Shown here in pieces: positions 1 to 15,196 of a DNA stretch of 64,000 bases. The translations under genes and the position numbers were made by a program. Position 1 is the first letter of the stretch. The number at the start of each line of letters is the position of its first letter. Under the pieces are notes generated by a model. That model did no database searches and had not been told where the DNA came from. It worked only from the letters and a program-made list of their open reading frames with translations. Location: NCBI GenBank assembly GCA_002706685.1, contig PALV01000017.1, forward strand, positions 189,105 to 253,104, given 5' to 3'. Source of the DNA: Gammaproteobacteria bacterium. GTDB taxonomy: Bacteria; Pseudomonadota; Gammaproteobacteria; Pseudomonadales; Pseudohongiellaceae.

Positions 1-455
1 CCTTCAACTGCCTGGACACGCTCGGGTGCAGGGTCAGGCGTTACCGCTGCTTCGGTATTTTCATCAATGCTGTCCGTCACAGCGGCTGTGCCCGGCTGGC
101 GATAATCAAAGTCGACGCTGACGATCAGGCGGCGAGGTGGCACATCAAGCGTCTCAATGCGTTGTTGCAGAATGTCGAGATTCGCTGCGGTAGTGGCAAT
201 AATCAACTTATTGTCGATTTGCCCCATATAGCCGCGCTCATGCAACAGTGGCGTCAGCTGGTTACGAATCTCGCTGGGGCTGCGGTGCTCAATATCAATT
301 ATTTCGATGGTGACCAGATTGCCTTCCTGCGCCCATGAGGGTCCGGCGAGCAGCATCAGGCTCGTGGTCAATACGCTGATTGGCCTTGCCAGTGATCCTG
401 TCCAGCGAAATAGACCAGCAGAGACTCTTATCGGCATTTTCCACTCACTTCTCAT
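1..455 (-). CDS. Exported protein with a Secretin_N/NolW-like N-terminal domain (runs off the window start)
   Basis: Manual translation from ATG 455 (or 437): signal-peptide-like ...TTSLMLLAGPSWA-QE, then IIDIEHRSPSEIRNQLTPLL...IDNKLII...LDVPPRRLIVSV. Not in the ORF track because it is truncated. Confidence 0.6.
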   Translation of the reverse strand, partial: MRSEWKMPIRVSAGLFRWTGSLARPISVLTTSLMLLAGPSWAQEGNLVTIEIIDIEHRSPSEIRNQLTPLLHERGYMGQIDNKLIIATTAANLDILQQRIETLDVPPRRLIVSVDFDYRQPGTAAVTDSIDENTEAAVTPDPAPERVQAVE

Positions 456-462
456 CGTCGAA

Positions 463-3059
<2,597 letters not shown>

Positions 3060-3752
3060 TCAGTGAACGTTGTCAGAATCAGGTCTGGAAATGCTGAAGA
3101 GTTGTCTGCGCACACCTGCAAGGCACTGGTGTATGCGCTTTTTATAGACGAATAGATGCCAGCGGCGTCCGCCCAGTTGATGCCAGAGTACCGCCGAACG
3201 TATTCCCGCCAGTAACAGCGCCCGGATTCGGTCGGCCACCTCAGGATTGCGAAGGTGTTCCGGGTTGCCGGCAACATGGATGCGATAGCTGAGCTTACTG
3301 ATGGTGTCCTGATACAGACGTGCCAGGGCGGCACAGTCTGCCTGCAATGCCTGCTCGTGAGCTGGCTGGCTGTCGTCGCTTTCAGCCGCGGCCAGCTGGC
3401 CGATACGCTGACCAAGGAGCTGCTGCATTTCCGGTTGCTTGTTGAGATGCTGCTGAATGACAAGCATGCCGAGCATGTAGCGGACGGTGTTGGCGTGTTT
3501 GCGCAGGCCGGCGCTGTCAAAACTTTCCTGAAGCGCCTGGATGCCCTGGCTGAACTCGCTGATGTCCGGATAAAGTTCAGCGACGCTTCCGGCTTCTAGC
3601 TTGTAAACAGGATTCAGACAGGCAATCAATTTGTCAGTGGGTATGGTGCCATCGACAGCGAGCTGATTGACGCGCAATGCACACTCTGTCACGACGGCCA
3701 GAGCGATGTTGCGGTACTCCCACTCGGAAAAATCATTTGATGTACTGCTCAA
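3060..3752 (-). CDS. hflD: High frequency lysogenization protein HflD
   Basis: [11 protein letters not shown]...[23 protein letters not shown]; located between mnmA and purB. Start reassigned to TTG 3752, which has a GGAGG SD upstream. Confidence 0.92.
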   Translation of the reverse strand: MSSTSNDFSEWEYRNIALAVVTECALRVNQLAVDGTIPTDKLIACLNPVYKLEAGSVAELYPDISEFSQGIQALQESFDSAGLRKHANTVRYMLGMLVIQQHLNKQPEMQQLLGQRIGQLAAAESDDSQPAHEQALQADCAALARLYQDTISKLSYRIHVAGNPEHLRNPEVADRIRALLLAGIRSAVLWHQLGGRRWHLFVYKKRIHQCLAGVRRQLFSISRPDSDNVH

Positions 3753-4836
3753 TGATGCCTCCTCCCAGACAGATATCTCCCTGATAGAACACGATGGTTT
3801 GCCCAGGCGTGACCGCGCGTTGTGGCTGCGCGAATGTGACTCGAACCCGATCGCCATCCAGAGCTGTAATGGTACATTCCTGATCTGCCTGGCGATAGCG
3901 GATTTTTGCATGGCAAGTCAGAGGAAATTGTGCCGGTAAGCCATTGATCCAGTTAATCTGTGCAGCATCCAGGGCGCTGGAATAAAGTGCCGGATGCTTG
4001 CTGCCCTGCGCAACGACCAGGACATTCCGGTCCAGGTCTTTGGCGACCACATACCACGGAGCCTCGCTGTAGTCTGCCAGACCACCAATGCCCAGCCCCT
4101 GGCGCTGCCCGTAGGTGTGGTACATCAGGCCCTGATGTTCCCCGATGACATCACCATCCACGGTTTCTATACGTCCAGGCTGCGCTGGCAGGTAGCGCTG
4201 CAGGAAATCTTTGAATTTGCGTTCGCCGATAAAACAGATGCCGGTGCTGTCTTTTTTCTCACTGGTGACAAAGCCGTGTTCTGCTGCTATTTCTCGCACC
4301 CTGGGTTTCTCCAGCTCACCGACCGGGAACAGGCTGCGTGCCAGACTTGCTTCGCTCACCGCGCACAAAAAGTAGCTCTGATCCTTATTGGCATCGAGCC
4401 CCTTGAGCAGTTGTGTCTGGCCGTTGCTGTCATGGCGACGTGCATAGTGCCCGGTGGCGATACAGTCGGCACCAAGTTCCGTGGCATAGTCCAGAAACGC
4501 CTTGAACTTGATTTCGCGATTACACAGGATGTCCGGATTGGGCGTGCGGCCTGCCTGATACTCGGCCAGGAAATGTTCAAACACGCCGTCCCAGTATTCC
4601 GCGGAGAAATTGGCAGTGTGCAGATGGATGCCCAGTCGGTCACTGACTGCCTGCGCATCAGCAAGGTCAGCCTTGGCGGTGCAGTACTCGGTATCGTCAT
4701 CCTCTTCCCAGTTCTTCATGAACAGGCCTTCGACCTGATAACCCTGCTGCTTGAGCAGCAGCGCCGCTACTGAAGAGTCGACACCACCGGACATACCAAC
4801 GATGACACGTGTATTGCCAGGATTAAAAACCGTCAC
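3733..4836 (-). CDS. mnmA: tRNA 2-thiouridylase MnmA
   Basis: [52 protein letters not shown]. Confidence 0.98.
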   Translation of the reverse strand: MTVFNPGNTRVIVGMSGGVDSSVAALLLKQQGYQVEGLFMKNWEEDDDTEYCTAKADLADAQAVSDRLGIHLHTANFSAEYWDGVFEHFLAEYQAGRTPNPDILCNREIKFKAFLDYATELGADCIATGHYARRHDSNGQTQLLKGLDANKDQSYFLCAVSEASLARSLFPVGELEKPRVREIAAEHGFVTSEKKDSTGICFIGERKFKDFLQRYLPAQPGRIETVDGDVIGEHQGLMYHTYGQRQGLGIGGLADYSEAPWYVVAKDLDRNVLVVAQGSKHPALYSSALDAAQINWINGLPAQFPLTCHAKIRYRQADQECTITALDGDRVRVTFAQPQRAVTPGQTIVFYQGDICLGGGIIEQYIK

Positions 4837-4845
4837 TAATTGCTC

Positions 4846-5319
4846 CTACCAGGAACTGACCAGAGTGAGTGGATAACGAGCGCCGCCCAGATAGTCTTCA
4901 ACAACCCTGGCGACAAGCGGACTGCGCAACTGTGATTCGCGTTCTGTCAGCTCCTGCAGTGTCAGCCAGTGCGTGCGGATGATGTCCGCATCAAGCGCGC
5001 GTTCACTGTGGTGATGCACGGCGCGGGCCGCGAAACAGCTGCGGATATAACATTCGCCATTGGCCGGGGCGATATATTGATAGAGTCCGATAAACGCGGT
5101 CAGCTCCACCTGCCAGGCGGTTTCTTCAAGCGCCTCTCGAACAGCGGCCTGTTGCAGCGTTTCATCAGCCTCCAGATGGCCCGCTGGCTGATTGAGCACG
5201 ACGCGGCCGTCAGCGCTTTCCTCGACAAACAGAAACCGCGGTGCGGTATCGCTGGCGTCGCGCAGCCAGTCAGGCTGCTCAACAACAACGGCCACCGTTT
5301 TGTGGGGTTGGAAACTCAT
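4846..5319 (-). CDS. nudJ: NUDIX hydrolase (NudJ-like)
   Basis: NQPAGHLEADETLQQAAVREALEETAW Nudix box; conserved position upstream of mnmA. Confidence 0.85.
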   Translation of the reverse strand: MSFQPHKTVAVVVEQPDWLRDASDTAPRFLFVEESADGRVVLNQPAGHLEADETLQQAAVREALEETAWQVELTAFIGLYQYIAPANGECYIRSCFAARAVHHHSERALDADIIRTHWLTLQELTERESQLRSPLVARVVEDYLGGARYPLTLVSSW

Positions 5320-5465
5320 GGTTTATTGCTGGATGACTGATTTTAAGGGGCGCAAGTTTACCGGATTTCCCCACAAATTGCTCGCTCGACGTCCCGACAC
5401 TCCCATTGCAGCGGCAAAGCATGGATAATGGTCGGCCGTTAGGTTTTACATTCAAGGACAGAGTC

Positions 5466-5966
5466 ATGAGCAAGACTGCACCTGAAGGTGTGCTGACGCA
5501 TCTGGATGCCGGGGGCAATGCCCGGATGGTGGATGTGAGTGAAAAAGCGATTACTAACCGAGTTGCGGTCGCCGCCGGAGAGGTCAGTATGCAATCGCAG
5601 ACACTATCGCTGATAGCCAGTGGCGGACATGCCAAAGGCGATGTGCTGGCGGTCGCTCGTGTAGCAGGCATCATGGCTGCCAAAAAGTGTCCCGATCTGA
5701 TCCCGCTCTGCCATCCTCTGCTGTTGAATTCCGTTGACGTGAGTTTTGATCTGGATTCAGACAATAATCGTGTGCTGATCGAGGCACGTTGCGGACTGGA
5801 TGCCAAAACAGGTGTCGAGATGGAGGCGCTGACAGCTGTATCTGTCGCCGCGTTGACTCTTTACGACATGTGCAAGGCAGTCGATAAAAACATGGTCATA
5901 GGCGATATAAGACTGATTTCCAAGACTGGCGGCAAATCAGGCGACTTCAAGCGGATTGCAGATTGA
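5466..5966 (+). CDS. moaC: Cyclic pyranopterin monophosphate synthase MoaC
   Basis: LTHLD...[35 protein letters not shown]; start set at ATG 5466. Confidence 0.97.
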   Translation: MSKTAPEGVLTHLDAGGNARMVDVSEKAITNRVAVAAGEVSMQSQTLSLIASGGHAKGDVLAVARVAGIMAAKKCPDLIPLCHPLLLNSVDVSFDLDSDNNRVLIEARCGLDAKTGVEMEALTAVSVAALTLYDMCKAVDKNMVIGDIRLISKTGGKSGDFKRIAD

Positions 5967-6002
5967 CCTGAATCAGTAGATGAAAAACAGGATTGAATTT
6001 TA

Positions 6003-6254
6003 ATGTTGAATTTACAGTACTTTGCCAGTGTCAGGGAGCAGCTCGGCCGCGAGTCGGAGCAGCTGGATTTGCCAGCAGACGTAACTACCGTTGCGGATCT
6101 TGCGGCCTGGCTGGCAGAGCGCGGTGCGCCATGGACATTGCTGACTGATACGCAGCAGGTTCTAGTTGCCGTTGATCAGGAAGTTGTGGATCGCGCGCAA
6201 ACCTTGACCGGACAGGAAGAGGTAGCCTTCTTTCCGCCGATGACGGGAGGTTAG
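6003..6254 (+). CDS. moaD: Molybdopterin synthase sulfur carrier
   Basis: YFASVRE...EVAFFPPMTGG C-terminal di-Gly; between moaC and moaE. Confidence 0.95.
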   Translation: MLNLQYFASVREQLGRESEQLDLPADVTTVADLAAWLAERGAPWTLLTDTQQVLVAVDQEVVDRAQTLTGQEEVAFFPPMTGG

Positions 6255-6255
6255 G

Positions 6256-6768
6256 GTGTCTGCCCAGGAAATATTCGACGTGCGTGTGCAGACGGCTGAT
6301 TTCGACGTGGCACACGAATATCAGGGCATTATCGCGGATGCCGGTAATCCGGGTGCGGTCGTCATGTTCAGCGGACTGGTCAGGGATGTCGCATCGGGTT
6401 CTGGAATTGATGGCCAGGCTTCGGCCGCAGCGGGTCAGTCGCTGACACTTGAGCATTACCCGGGCATGACCGAGAAGGCGTTGCGGGACATTGTCGAGCA
6501 GGCCAGAGCGCGTTGGCCACTGCAGGCCGTGCGTGTGGTACATCGTGTCGGTAAACTGCTGCCGCACGATCAGATTGTGCTGGTGCTGACAGCCAGTGCG
6601 CACCGCGAGGCCGCATTTGCGGCTGCGGAATTCATTATGGACTATCTTAAAACGTCCGCTCCTTTCTGGAAGAAGCAGCGTTTTGGTGAGCAGAGCGAAT
6701 GGGTGGCATCACGCCAGTCGGATTACCAGCGGGCGGCGCGCTGGGAAAATAAGTCGGGAGATGAGTAG
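6256..6768 (+). CDS. moaE: Molybdopterin synthase catalytic subunit
   Basis: GAVVMFSGLVR, LEHYPGMTEK, HRVGKL, HREAAF, MDYLKTSAPFWKK. Confidence 0.96.
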   Translation: MSAQEIFDVRVQTADFDVAHEYQGIIADAGNPGAVVMFSGLVRDVASGSGIDGQASAAAGQSLTLEHYPGMTEKALRDIVEQARARWPLQAVRVVHRVGKLLPHDQIVLVLTASAHREAAFAAAEFIMDYLKTSAPFWKKQRFGEQSEWVASRQSDYQRAARWENKSGDE

Positions 6769-6792
6769 CCAGGCTGAACGAAGCAGCAATTC

Positions 6793-7350
6793 TCAGCGCC
6801 ACCAGCGCTCAGGCAGTTCTATCATTCGCCATTCGCCGGGACTCAGACTGCCCAGTGTCCAGTCACCAATCTGATATCGAATCAGCCGCAGTGTTGGATA
6901 TCCCACCGCCGCCGTCATGCGCCTTACCTGCCTGTTCCGACCTTCGGTTATCGTGAGCTGCACCCAGCTGTCGGGTATCTGCTTGCGGACCCGTATCGGC
7001 GGCACACGGGGCCACAAATCTGTTGGTTCGATCAGTTCGGCCTGCGTCGGTCGAGTGGGGCCGTCCTTCAGCACTATGCCATTGCGCAGCTGCATGAGTG
7101 CCTTGTCGTCGGGAATGCCCTCTACCTGTGCCCAGTAAGTTTTGGCAAGTTTATAGCGCGGTTCAGCAATTCGATGCTGGGTCTGACCATCGTCGGTCAG
7201 CAATAGCAGACCTTCCGAGTCTTTATCGAGTCGTCCGGCCGGATAGAATCCAGGCTTGTCGATATAGTGAGCAAGAGTCTGTTCCGGCACATCGCCAGTG
7301 AATTGGGACAGAACGTTGAAGGGCTTGTTGAACAGTATGAGATTTGGCAT
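6793..7350 (-). CDS. rluE: 23S rRNA pseudouridine synthase E
   Basis: ILFNKPFNVLSQF, YPAGRLDKDSEGLLLLTDDG, ITEGRNRQVRRMTAAVG; no S4 domain. Confidence 0.9.
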   Translation of the reverse strand: MPNLILFNKPFNVLSQFTGDVPEQTLAHYIDKPGFYPAGRLDKDSEGLLLLTDDGQTQHRIAEPRYKLAKTYWAQVEGIPDDKALMQLRNGIVLKDGPTRPTQAELIEPTDLWPRVPPIRVRKQIPDSWVQLTITEGRNRQVRRMTAAVGYPTLRLIRYQIGDWTLGSLSPGEWRMIELPERWWR

Positions 7351-7472
7351 GCGCGCAAGTATAGCCAAAACTGGTGAGTAAAAAGTTTTTTATCTCAATT
7401 CGATGGTCAGAACGAGGAGGAGGGGCTTGCGTGTGAGCTGAGGCGGGAGCCTGTTCGGCTCCCGCCGACTCG

Positions 7473-7691
7473 TCAGGCTTGTGATTGTGCGACAGGTTTG
7501 ATGTTGGTCGCGTGAAGGCCCTTTGGACCTTCCAGGGTTTCAAAGGTTACGGTTTGACCTGCTTTCAGGGTTTTATATCCGTCCATACCGATCGCCGAAT
7601 AGTGGGCGAACAGATCACCGCCACCGTCGTCTGGAAGAATAAAACCAAAACCTTTAGCGTTGTTGAACCATTTAACTTGCCCCATTGCCAT
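7473..7691 (-). CDS. cspD: Cold-shock domain protein CspD
   Basis: GQVKWFNNAKGFGFI...DLFAHYSAIGMDGYKTLKAGQ; divergent from clpS. Confidence 0.92.
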   Translation of the reverse strand: MAMGQVKWFNNAKGFGFILPDDGGGDLFAHYSAIGMDGYKTLKAGQTVTFETLEGPKGLHATNIKPVAQSQA

Positions 7692-7971
7692 CGTAATACT
7701 CCATTGCACGTATAGTTCTAATTTTAATTGTGTTACACGCCAGGTATGACCTGAGTGTTAATCCTTAACGTATGTAAGTCGTCCCTGCAAGGCTTTATTA
7801 TTCATCATTTTTGTCTAATTGCAACAGTCTGTAATATGGAAGTAGACTGAAGTGGCGTGTGATAATGTGGCTCTGAAATAAATATACGCCTGCGTCGATC
7901 TTTGCAAATAGCATCTTTGTTGGCAATCACAGGCGATCAGCCAGAAATCAGATAGAGAGAAACAGCACAAC

Positions 7972-8322
7972 ATGCGCAGTATTTTCGCTCAGTCGCCAGA
8001 CGGCCAGAAACCCGATCAGCACTCGGATCGCGGGCTGGCGACGGCGGCTGACAAGCCCAAACTCGCCAAGCCACCGTTATACAAAGTTTTACTTATGAAC
8101 GACGACTACACACCCATGGAATTTGTGGTGGGGGTGCTGGTAGAGTTCTTTCAGATGCCGGTGGAAAAGGCGACCCAGATCATGTTGAAGGTCCACACCG
8201 AGGGGAAGGCCGTCTGTGGCGTTTACAGTCGCGATGTCGCCGAAACCAAGGCTCAGCAGGTCAATGAGTTTTCGCGCGAGAACCAGCAACCATTGCTTTG
8301 CCACGTTGAAGTTGATCAGTAG
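7972..8322 (+). CDS. clpS: ClpA adaptor ClpS
   Basis: [17 protein letters not shown]...[13 protein letters not shown]. Confidence 0.97.
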   Translation: MRSIFAQSPDGQKPDQHSDRGLATAADKPKLAKPPLYKVLLMNDDYTPMEFVVGVLVEFFQMPVEKATQIMLKVHTEGKAVCGVYSRDVAETKAQQVNEFSRENQQPLLCHVEVDQ

Positions 8323-8336
8323 GGGAGGAAGACATC

Positions 8337-10628
8337 ATGCTCAGCCGTGATCTGGAAGCGACCTTGAATGCCGCGTTTGCGAATGCGCGCAGCAAACGTC
8401 ACGAATACATGACCGTAGAACACCTGCTGTTGTCATTGCTGGACAATGATCTGGCGATTGATGTGCTGCTGCATTGCGGAGCGGATATTTCCCGTCTGCG
8501 TGCTGGCCTGGTGGACTATATTGAAGCTACCACGCCGGTTCTTGCCGAGCATGACGAGGAGCGTGACACTCAGCCGACACTCGGATTCCAGCGTGTGCTG
8601 CAGCGTGCCGTCTTCCACGTGCAGTCCTCCGGCCGCCAGGAAGTCAGCGGCGGCAATGTGCTGGTTGCCATCTTTAGCGAACAGGAGAGCCAGGCGGTGT
8701 ACCTGCTGAGTCAGCAGGAAATCGCCCGCCTTGATGTGGTCAACTACATCAGTCACGGTATCAGCAAGCAGCAGGGTGACTCGCCAGATCCCGAAAAATC
8801 AGAGCAGGAAGGCACTGAAGAAGAGGGCAGCGGTTCCGCCAGTGCACTGGAAAACTATGCCACCAACCTCAACGAGCTGGCCCGGCAGGGTCGCATTGAT
8901 CCGCTGATTGGCCGCGACAAAGAAGTACTGCGCCTGATTCAGATATTGTGTCGACGACGCAAGAACAATCCACTGTTGGTGGGCGAATCCGGTGTCGGTA
9001 AAACGGCAGTAGTTGAAGGTCTGGCCCGTATGGTGGTCGAAGACCAGGTGCCGGATGTCCTCAAGGGGCATGTGATCTATTCGCTGGATATGGGTGCATT
9101 GCTGGCTGGCACCAAGTACCGTGGTGATTTTGAAAAACGCTTCAAGACACTGCTGGCCGAGTTGAAGAAACAGCCGGAATCCGTTCTTTTTATTGATGAA
9201 ATTCATACCATCATCGGTGCCGGCGCGGCTTCGGGCGGTGTCATGGACGCCTCCAATCTGCTGAAACCCATCCTGACGTCGGGTGACTTACGCTGCGTGG
9301 GTTCGACTACCTATCAGGAATACCGTGGCATCTTTGACAAAGACAGGGCGCTGTCACGGCGGTTTCAGAAAATCGATATCGAAGAACCGGATGTGGAAAC
9401 GACCTACAAGATTCTCAAAGGCCTTAAGTCGCGCTTTGAGGCACACCATGATCTTCGCTACAGCGATAACGCGCTGCGTGCGGCCTCAGAGCTGGCAGGG
9501 CGCTACATCAATGACCGCTATATGCCTGACAAGGCAATCGATGTAATTGACGAGGCGGGCGCCTGGCAGCGGCTGCAGCCTGATAGCAAACGCAAGAAGC
9601 TGATACAGGCACCCGACATGGAGCGTGTTGTTGCGTCAATTGCGCGTATCCCGCCGCAGCACGTGACATCCTCTGATGTTGAAGCCCTGCGTGGTCTGGA
9701 AGCAAACCTGAAGATGGTGGTATTTGGTCAGGATGAGGCCATTGAATCACTGGCAACGGCTATCAAGCTGTCGCGCGCCGGTCTCAACACGCCGGATAAG
9801 CCGATCGGCTCCTATCTGTTTGCCGGTCCTACTGGTGTTGGTAAGACCGAAGTCAGCCGTCAGCTGGCGCGAATTATGGGGATTGAGTTGTTGCGTTTCG
9901 ATATGTCCGAATACATGGAGCGACACACCGTGTCGCGCCTGATCGGTGCGCCCCCCGGATACGTCGGTTTTGATCAGGGCGGACTGCTGACCGAGGCAGT
10001 GACCAAGCATCCGCACTGTGTGCTGTTGCTGGATGAGATCGAGAAGGCGCACCCGGATGTCTTTAACATTCTGCTGCAGGTGATGGACCACGGTACCTTG
10101 ACGGACAACAATGGGCGCAAGGCCGATTTCCGTAATGTCATCCTGATCATGACCACCAATGCGGGAGCCCAGGAAATGTCACGACCATCCATCGGGTTCA
10201 CGGCTCAGGATCACAGCAGCGATGGCATGGAAGTCATCAAACGCAGCTTTACACCAGAGTTCCGCAACCGTCTGGACGCCGTTGTTCAGTTTGGCCCATT
10301 GCAGCCTGAGACAATCCGCACTGTGGTCGACAAGTTCCTGGTGGAGCTGCAGGTGCAGCTGGACAGCAAGAAGGTCACGCTGAGTGTTGATGACAGCGCC
10401 CGCGACTGGTTTGCAGTCCATGGCTACAGCCCGCAGATGGGGGCACGTCCAATGGCTCGCTTGATCCAGGAGAAACTGAAGAAAGCGCTGGCCGAAGAGA
10501 TCCTGTTTGGCAAGCTGGCCGAGGGCGGCGAAGTCACCGTGTCCATCGTTAATGATGAGGTGGAGCTGGATATCAATCGGCGCGGCAAGAAGTCGGAAAG
10601 CCGGGCATTAAGCTCGGCAGACAGTTAG
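8337..10628 (+). CDS. clpA: ATP-dependent Clp protease ATPase ClpA
   Basis: [11 protein letters not shown], two Walker A motifs ([16 protein letters not shown]); follows clpS. Confidence 0.98.
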   Translation: MLSRDLEATLNAAFANARSKRHEYMTVEHLLLSLLDNDLAIDVLLHCGADISRLRAGLVDYIEATTPVLAEHDEERDTQPTLGFQRVLQRAVFHVQSSGRQEVSGGNVLVAIFSEQESQAVYLLSQQEIARLDVVNYISHGISKQQGDSPDPEKSEQEGTEEEGSGSASALENYATNLNELARQGRIDPLIGRDKEVLRLIQILCRRRKNNPLLVGESGVGKTAVVEGLARMVVEDQVPDVLKGHVIYSLDMGALLAGTKYRGDFEKRFKTLLAELKKQPESVLFIDEIHTIIGAGAASGGVMDASNLLKPILTSGDLRCVGSTTYQEYRGIFDKDRALSRRFQKIDIEEPDVETTYKILKGLKSRFEAHHDLRYSDNALRAASELAGRYINDRYMPDKAIDVIDEAGAWQRLQPDSKRKKLIQAPDMERVVASIARIPPQHVTSSDVEALRGLEANLKMVVFGQDEAIESLATAIKLSRAGLNTPDKPIGSYLFAGPTGVGKTEVSRQLARIMGIELLRFDMSEYMERHTVSRLIGAPPGYVGFDQGGLLTEAVTKHPHCVLLLDEIEKAHPDVFNILLQVMDHGTLTDNNGRKADFRNVILIMTTNAGAQEMSRPSIGFTAQDHSSDGMEVIKRSFTPEFRNRLDAVVQFGPLQPETIRTVVDKFLVELQVQLDSKKVTLSVDDSARDWFAVHGYSPQMGARPMARLIQEKLKKALAEEILFGKLAEGGEVTVSIVNDEVELDINRRGKKSESRALSSADS

Positions 10629-10655
10629 CCGCATGCAGGCCTGAGCGCTCGTTAA

Positions 10656-10874
10656 TTAACGAGCGCGGTAGGTGATGCGACCCTTGGTCAGGTCGTAGGG
10701 TGTCAACTCTACCTTGACCATGTCGCCGGTCAGGATGCGAATGTAATTCTTGCGCATTTTGCCCGAAATATGGGCGGTCACAATGTGGCCGTTTTCGAGT
10801 TTGACGCGGAACATGGTGTTCGGAAGGGTGTCTACCACTTCGCCTTCCATTTCAATCTGGTCTTCTTTAGCCAT
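10656..10874 (-). CDS. infA: Translation initiation factor IF-1
   Basis: [11 protein letters not shown]...[18 protein letters not shown]. Confidence 0.99.
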   Translation of the reverse strand: MAKEDQIEMEGEVVDTLPNTMFRVKLENGHIVTAHISGKMRKNYIRILTGDMVKVELTPYDLTKGRITYRAR

Positions 10875-10968
10875 CTAAAAGAAATTCTCACTGCTTGAAG
10901 TAAGCGCGCATTTTGCCTGAATTTTTTGTCGTTGGCAAAGCCTCGTCCGGGTTCGACTCAAAGTTAAG

Positions 10969-11679
10969 TCAAGCGACAAGGCAATTGTCATCAAATTGCC
11001 AGTGCTTATACTGATTGTCTTCAACGCGATTTTCGGCCAACAGCGCAAGAAACCTCTGCCTGCTCATGGGGGCGGCCCCGAGGCTGGCCAGGTGATCGGT
11101 GGGCAGCTGGCAGTCAATCAGTGTGAATGACCATTGTTGCAGCTGCCGACACAGCGCCACAAACGCCAGCTTGGATGTATTGGGCTGCCGGCTGAACATG
11201 GATTCTCCAAAAAACATCCGTCCCAGGCTGATGCCATAAAGCCCGCCAACCAGGGTTTGTTCTTGCCAGACCTCAACCGAATGGGCATAACCCAGGTGGT
11301 ACAGCTTGATATAGGCCTGTTGCATGTCTTCGGTGATCCAGGTGCCGGGCTGACCATCCCGGTGCGCCGCGCACTGTTGTATGACCTGATCAAACGCACT
11401 GTCCATGGTGACACGGTAAAGTCCGCGTCGTATCAGTTTACCGAGGCTGCGAGAGCAGTGGACATCGGCTGGGTTGAGCACCATTCGGGGGTCGGGCGAC
11501 CACCACAGGATAGGGCTGCTGTCATCAAACCACGGGAATATGCCCTGTCGATAGGCCGCCAGCAGCCGCTCGGGCCGCAGATCTCCACCCACTGCCAGCA
11601 GGCCTGGCGGATCCTCCAGCGCGTTGTCGGCTGGAGGAAAGTGGAGGTTGTCGGCGTGCAGCCGTGTCAGCTGCCCCAT
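10969..11679 (-). CDS. aat: Leucyl/phenylalanyl-tRNA-protein transferase
   Basis: GLLAVGGDL, AYRQGIFPWF, WWSPDPR, GYAHSVEVW, FFGESMFS. Confidence 0.97.
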   Translation of the reverse strand: MGQLTRLHADNLHFPPADNALEDPPGLLAVGGDLRPERLLAAYRQGIFPWFDDSSPILWWSPDPRMVLNPADVHCSRSLGKLIRRGLYRVTMDSAFDQVIQQCAAHRDGQPGTWITEDMQQAYIKLYHLGYAHSVEVWQEQTLVGGLYGISLGRMFFGESMFSRQPNTSKLAFVALCRQLQQWSFTLIDCQLPTDHLASLGAAPMSRQRFLALLAENRVEDNQYKHWQFDDNCLVA

Positions 11680-11682
11680 GAA

Positions 11683-12651
<969 letters not shown>

Positions 12652-12839
12652 TTATGGAAAAGCTTGCGATTATACATCTATGGAGACTGGCATAGCGATT
12701 ATCAAGGGTTTGAGTGTGCTATGCTGCGCCCAATATGGCAGTGGGTTTTTCTCGAACTGGAATAATGCTTGTCTTGCTCCGTATAATTCTGGAAAATGAA
12801 TTAAATTGATTCTGCAGGTTTCTGAAAAGTTTTAAAAAT

Positions 12840-15161
12840 ATGTCCAAACAAAAGACCGCCAAGGACGACGGGATGGCCAGCCTGTCACAACGTATAGCCC
12901 GCGAGGGGACCCTCATTGCGGCTTTTCTGCTGGGCCTGTTTTTGTTGATTGCGCTGCTCAGTTACTCTCCGGATGATCCCGGATTTACCACCACGGGCAC
13001 CGGTGAGCCGGTACAGAATGCGGTCGGCAATATGGGCGCCTGGCTGGCCGACATTTTGCTGCACATGCTGGGTTACTTCGCATATGTCCTGCCATTTGCC
13101 CTGGGCTTCAAGGTTTACAGGCTGTTCCGAAAGTCCGATGCGGACCAGGCGTTCTCATGGGGCGTTGTATCCATAAAGGTAGCCGGTATTGTGCTGCTGA
13201 TCATTGGCGCCTGCACTCTGGCTACGCTGCACTTCAGTATTCCTACTGGCAGCACCTGGCCTGCAGGCGGTCTGATTGGCGCAGCAATGGCGGATGCCAG
13301 CATTCCAGTGCTGGCCATGCTTGGCAGTACTCTGGTGTACCTGGCAATCTTCCTGTTTGGTCTGACGGTGACCTTTGAGATTTCCTGGCTTTCAGTTGTG
13401 GATGCTATTGGTTACTGGACGATTCATGGGCTTGCCCGGGCACGAGAGCAGTTTGCTGACTGGCAGGAAAAGCGCGCAGAAGCTGGTAAGGTAAAACAGG
13501 CAGTAGAACGGCGCCGCAAGGCTCTGGATGTGCGTATCGAGAAAGAGAAAGTGCGCACGCCGCCCAAGATTGAACCGGTGATCAGTGCACCGCCGCCACG
13601 CAGCAAGCGGGTCGAGAAGGAACGCCAGGGCACGCTGTTTACCGGCAGCAACCCGGGTGAGCTGCCGGCAATCGGTCTGCTTGACGAAAACCGCAATGCC
13701 GGCAAAAAGGGTTATTCCACCGAGTCGCTGGAAGCGATGTCAAAACTGCTGGAGTTGAAATTGCAGGACTTTGGCATTGATATCGAAGTTACGTCGGTGC
13801 ATCCGGGACCGGTGATTACCCGTTTCGAAGTGCAGCCGGCCCCTGGTGTTAAGGCCAGTCGCATCACCAGCCTGGGCAAGGATCTGGCGCGGTCCCTGGC
13901 CGTCATTAGCGTGCGTGTGGTCGAGGTTATTCCAGGCAAGACTGTCATCGGGATCGAGATCCCCAATGAACAGCGCGAAATGATCCTGCTGAGCCAGGTG
14001 CTGGCGTCGCCGGAGTTCGACAAGGCGCAGTCCGCGCTGAGTATGGCGCTGGGGCACGATATTGTTGGCAAACCGGTCATCGTAGACCTTGCCAAGATGC
14101 CGCACCTGCTGGTGGCAGGTACCACAGGCTCAGGCAAGTCGGTGGGCATCAACGCCATGATCCTCAGCCTGCTTTACAAGTCGACACCGGAACATGTCCG
14201 GATGATCATGATCGACCCCAAGATGCTTGAACTGTCCGTGTATGACGGGATTCCTCACCTGCTGACACCAGTTGTAACCGACATGAAGGATGCCGCGAAT
14301 GCGCTGCGCTGGTCGGTAGCCGAAATGGAGCGACGCTACAAATTGATGTCTGCACTGGGCGTGCGGAATCTGGCGGGCTACAACAAAAAAGTCCAGGATG
14401 CGATTAAAGCGGGTGAGCCTATCATAGACCCTATCTGGAAACCCGATCCAATGGCGCTGCAGGATGACCAGGAAGCACCACCCCTTGAACCGTTGCCTAA
14501 TATAGTGGTGATTGTCGACGAACTTGCTGACATGATGATGGTAGTTGGCAAGAAAGTTGAAGAGTTGATCGCACGCATTGCGCAGAAGGCAAGGGCCGCC
14601 GGTATTCACCTCATCCTTGCCACACAGCGGCCCTCCGTGGACGTGTTGACTGGTCTGATCAAGGCCAATATCCCGACCCGACTGTCATTTATGGTGCAGT
14701 CCAAAGTGGACTCCCGCACGATTCTGGGTGAAGGCGGCGCTGAACAGCTGCTGGGCAATGGCGACATGCTGTTTCTGCCTCCCGGTGGTGGCCTGGCCAA
14801 ACGCGTGCACGGTGCCTTTGTCAGTGATGAAGAAGTACACCGTGTCGTGGCTGACTGGAAACAGCGTGGCGAGCCGGTCTATATCGAAGAGATCACCCAG
14901 GGTGTCGAAGACCGCGAAATGAATATGGGTATGGGTGGCGGCAGCGGCGAAGGCGGCGAAGAAGATGATGCGCTGTATGATGAAGCCGTAGCGTTTGTGA
15001 CCGAGTCCCGCAAAGCGTCTATATCGGCAGTGCAGCGTAAGTTGCGAATTGGTTACAACCGCGCCGCCCGGATGATCGAGGCGATGGAAGCAGCCGGTGT
15101 AGTGTCGGAAATGGGCGCCAATGGTAGTCGTGAAGTACTTGCTCCGCCGCCACCCCGATAA
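12840..15161 (+). CDS. ftsK: DNA translocase FtsK
   Basis: N-terminal TM segments, [14 protein letters not shown]-terminal gamma domain ([21 protein letters not shown]). Confidence 0.98.
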   Translation: MSKQKTAKDDGMASLSQRIAREGTLIAAFLLGLFLLIALLSYSPDDPGFTTTGTGEPVQNAVGNMGAWLADILLHMLGYFAYVLPFALGFKVYRLFRKSDADQAFSWGVVSIKVAGIVLLIIGACTLATLHFSIPTGSTWPAGGLIGAAMADASIPVLAMLGSTLVYLAIFLFGLTVTFEISWLSVVDAIGYWTIHGLARAREQFADWQEKRAEAGKVKQAVERRRKALDVRIEKEKVRTPPKIEPVISAPPPRSKRVEKERQGTLFTGSNPGELPAIGLLDENRNAGKKGYSTESLEAMSKLLELKLQDFGIDIEVTSVHPGPVITRFEVQPAPGVKASRITSLGKDLARSLAVISVRVVEVIPGKTVIGIEIPNEQREMILLSQVLASPEFDKAQSALSMALGHDIVGKPVIVDLAKMPHLLVAGTTGSGKSVGINAMILSLLYKSTPEHVRMIMIDPKMLELSVYDGIPHLLTPVVTDMKDAANALRWSVAEMERRYKLMSALGVRNLAGYNKKVQDAIKAGEPIIDPIWKPDPMALQDDQEAPPLEPLPNIVVIVDELADMMMVVGKKVEELIARIAQKARAAGIHLILATQRPSVDVLTGLIKANIPTRLSFMVQSKVDSRTILGEGGAEQLLGNGDMLFLPPGGGLAKRVHGAFVSDEEVHRVVADWKQRGEPVYIEEITQGVEDREMNMGMGGGSGEGGEEDDALYDEAVAFVTESRKASISAVQRKLRIGYNRAARMIEAMEAAGVVSEMGANGSREVLAPPPPR

Positions 15162-15196
15162 ACAGGATTACCGGCCAGGCTGATAGCCCTGGCCCT

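Noticed and set aside
3753-3911. N-terminal extension of the hflD ORF
   Set aside because: Overlaps mnmA; a TTG at 3752 with a GGAGG SD gives a normal-length HflD.
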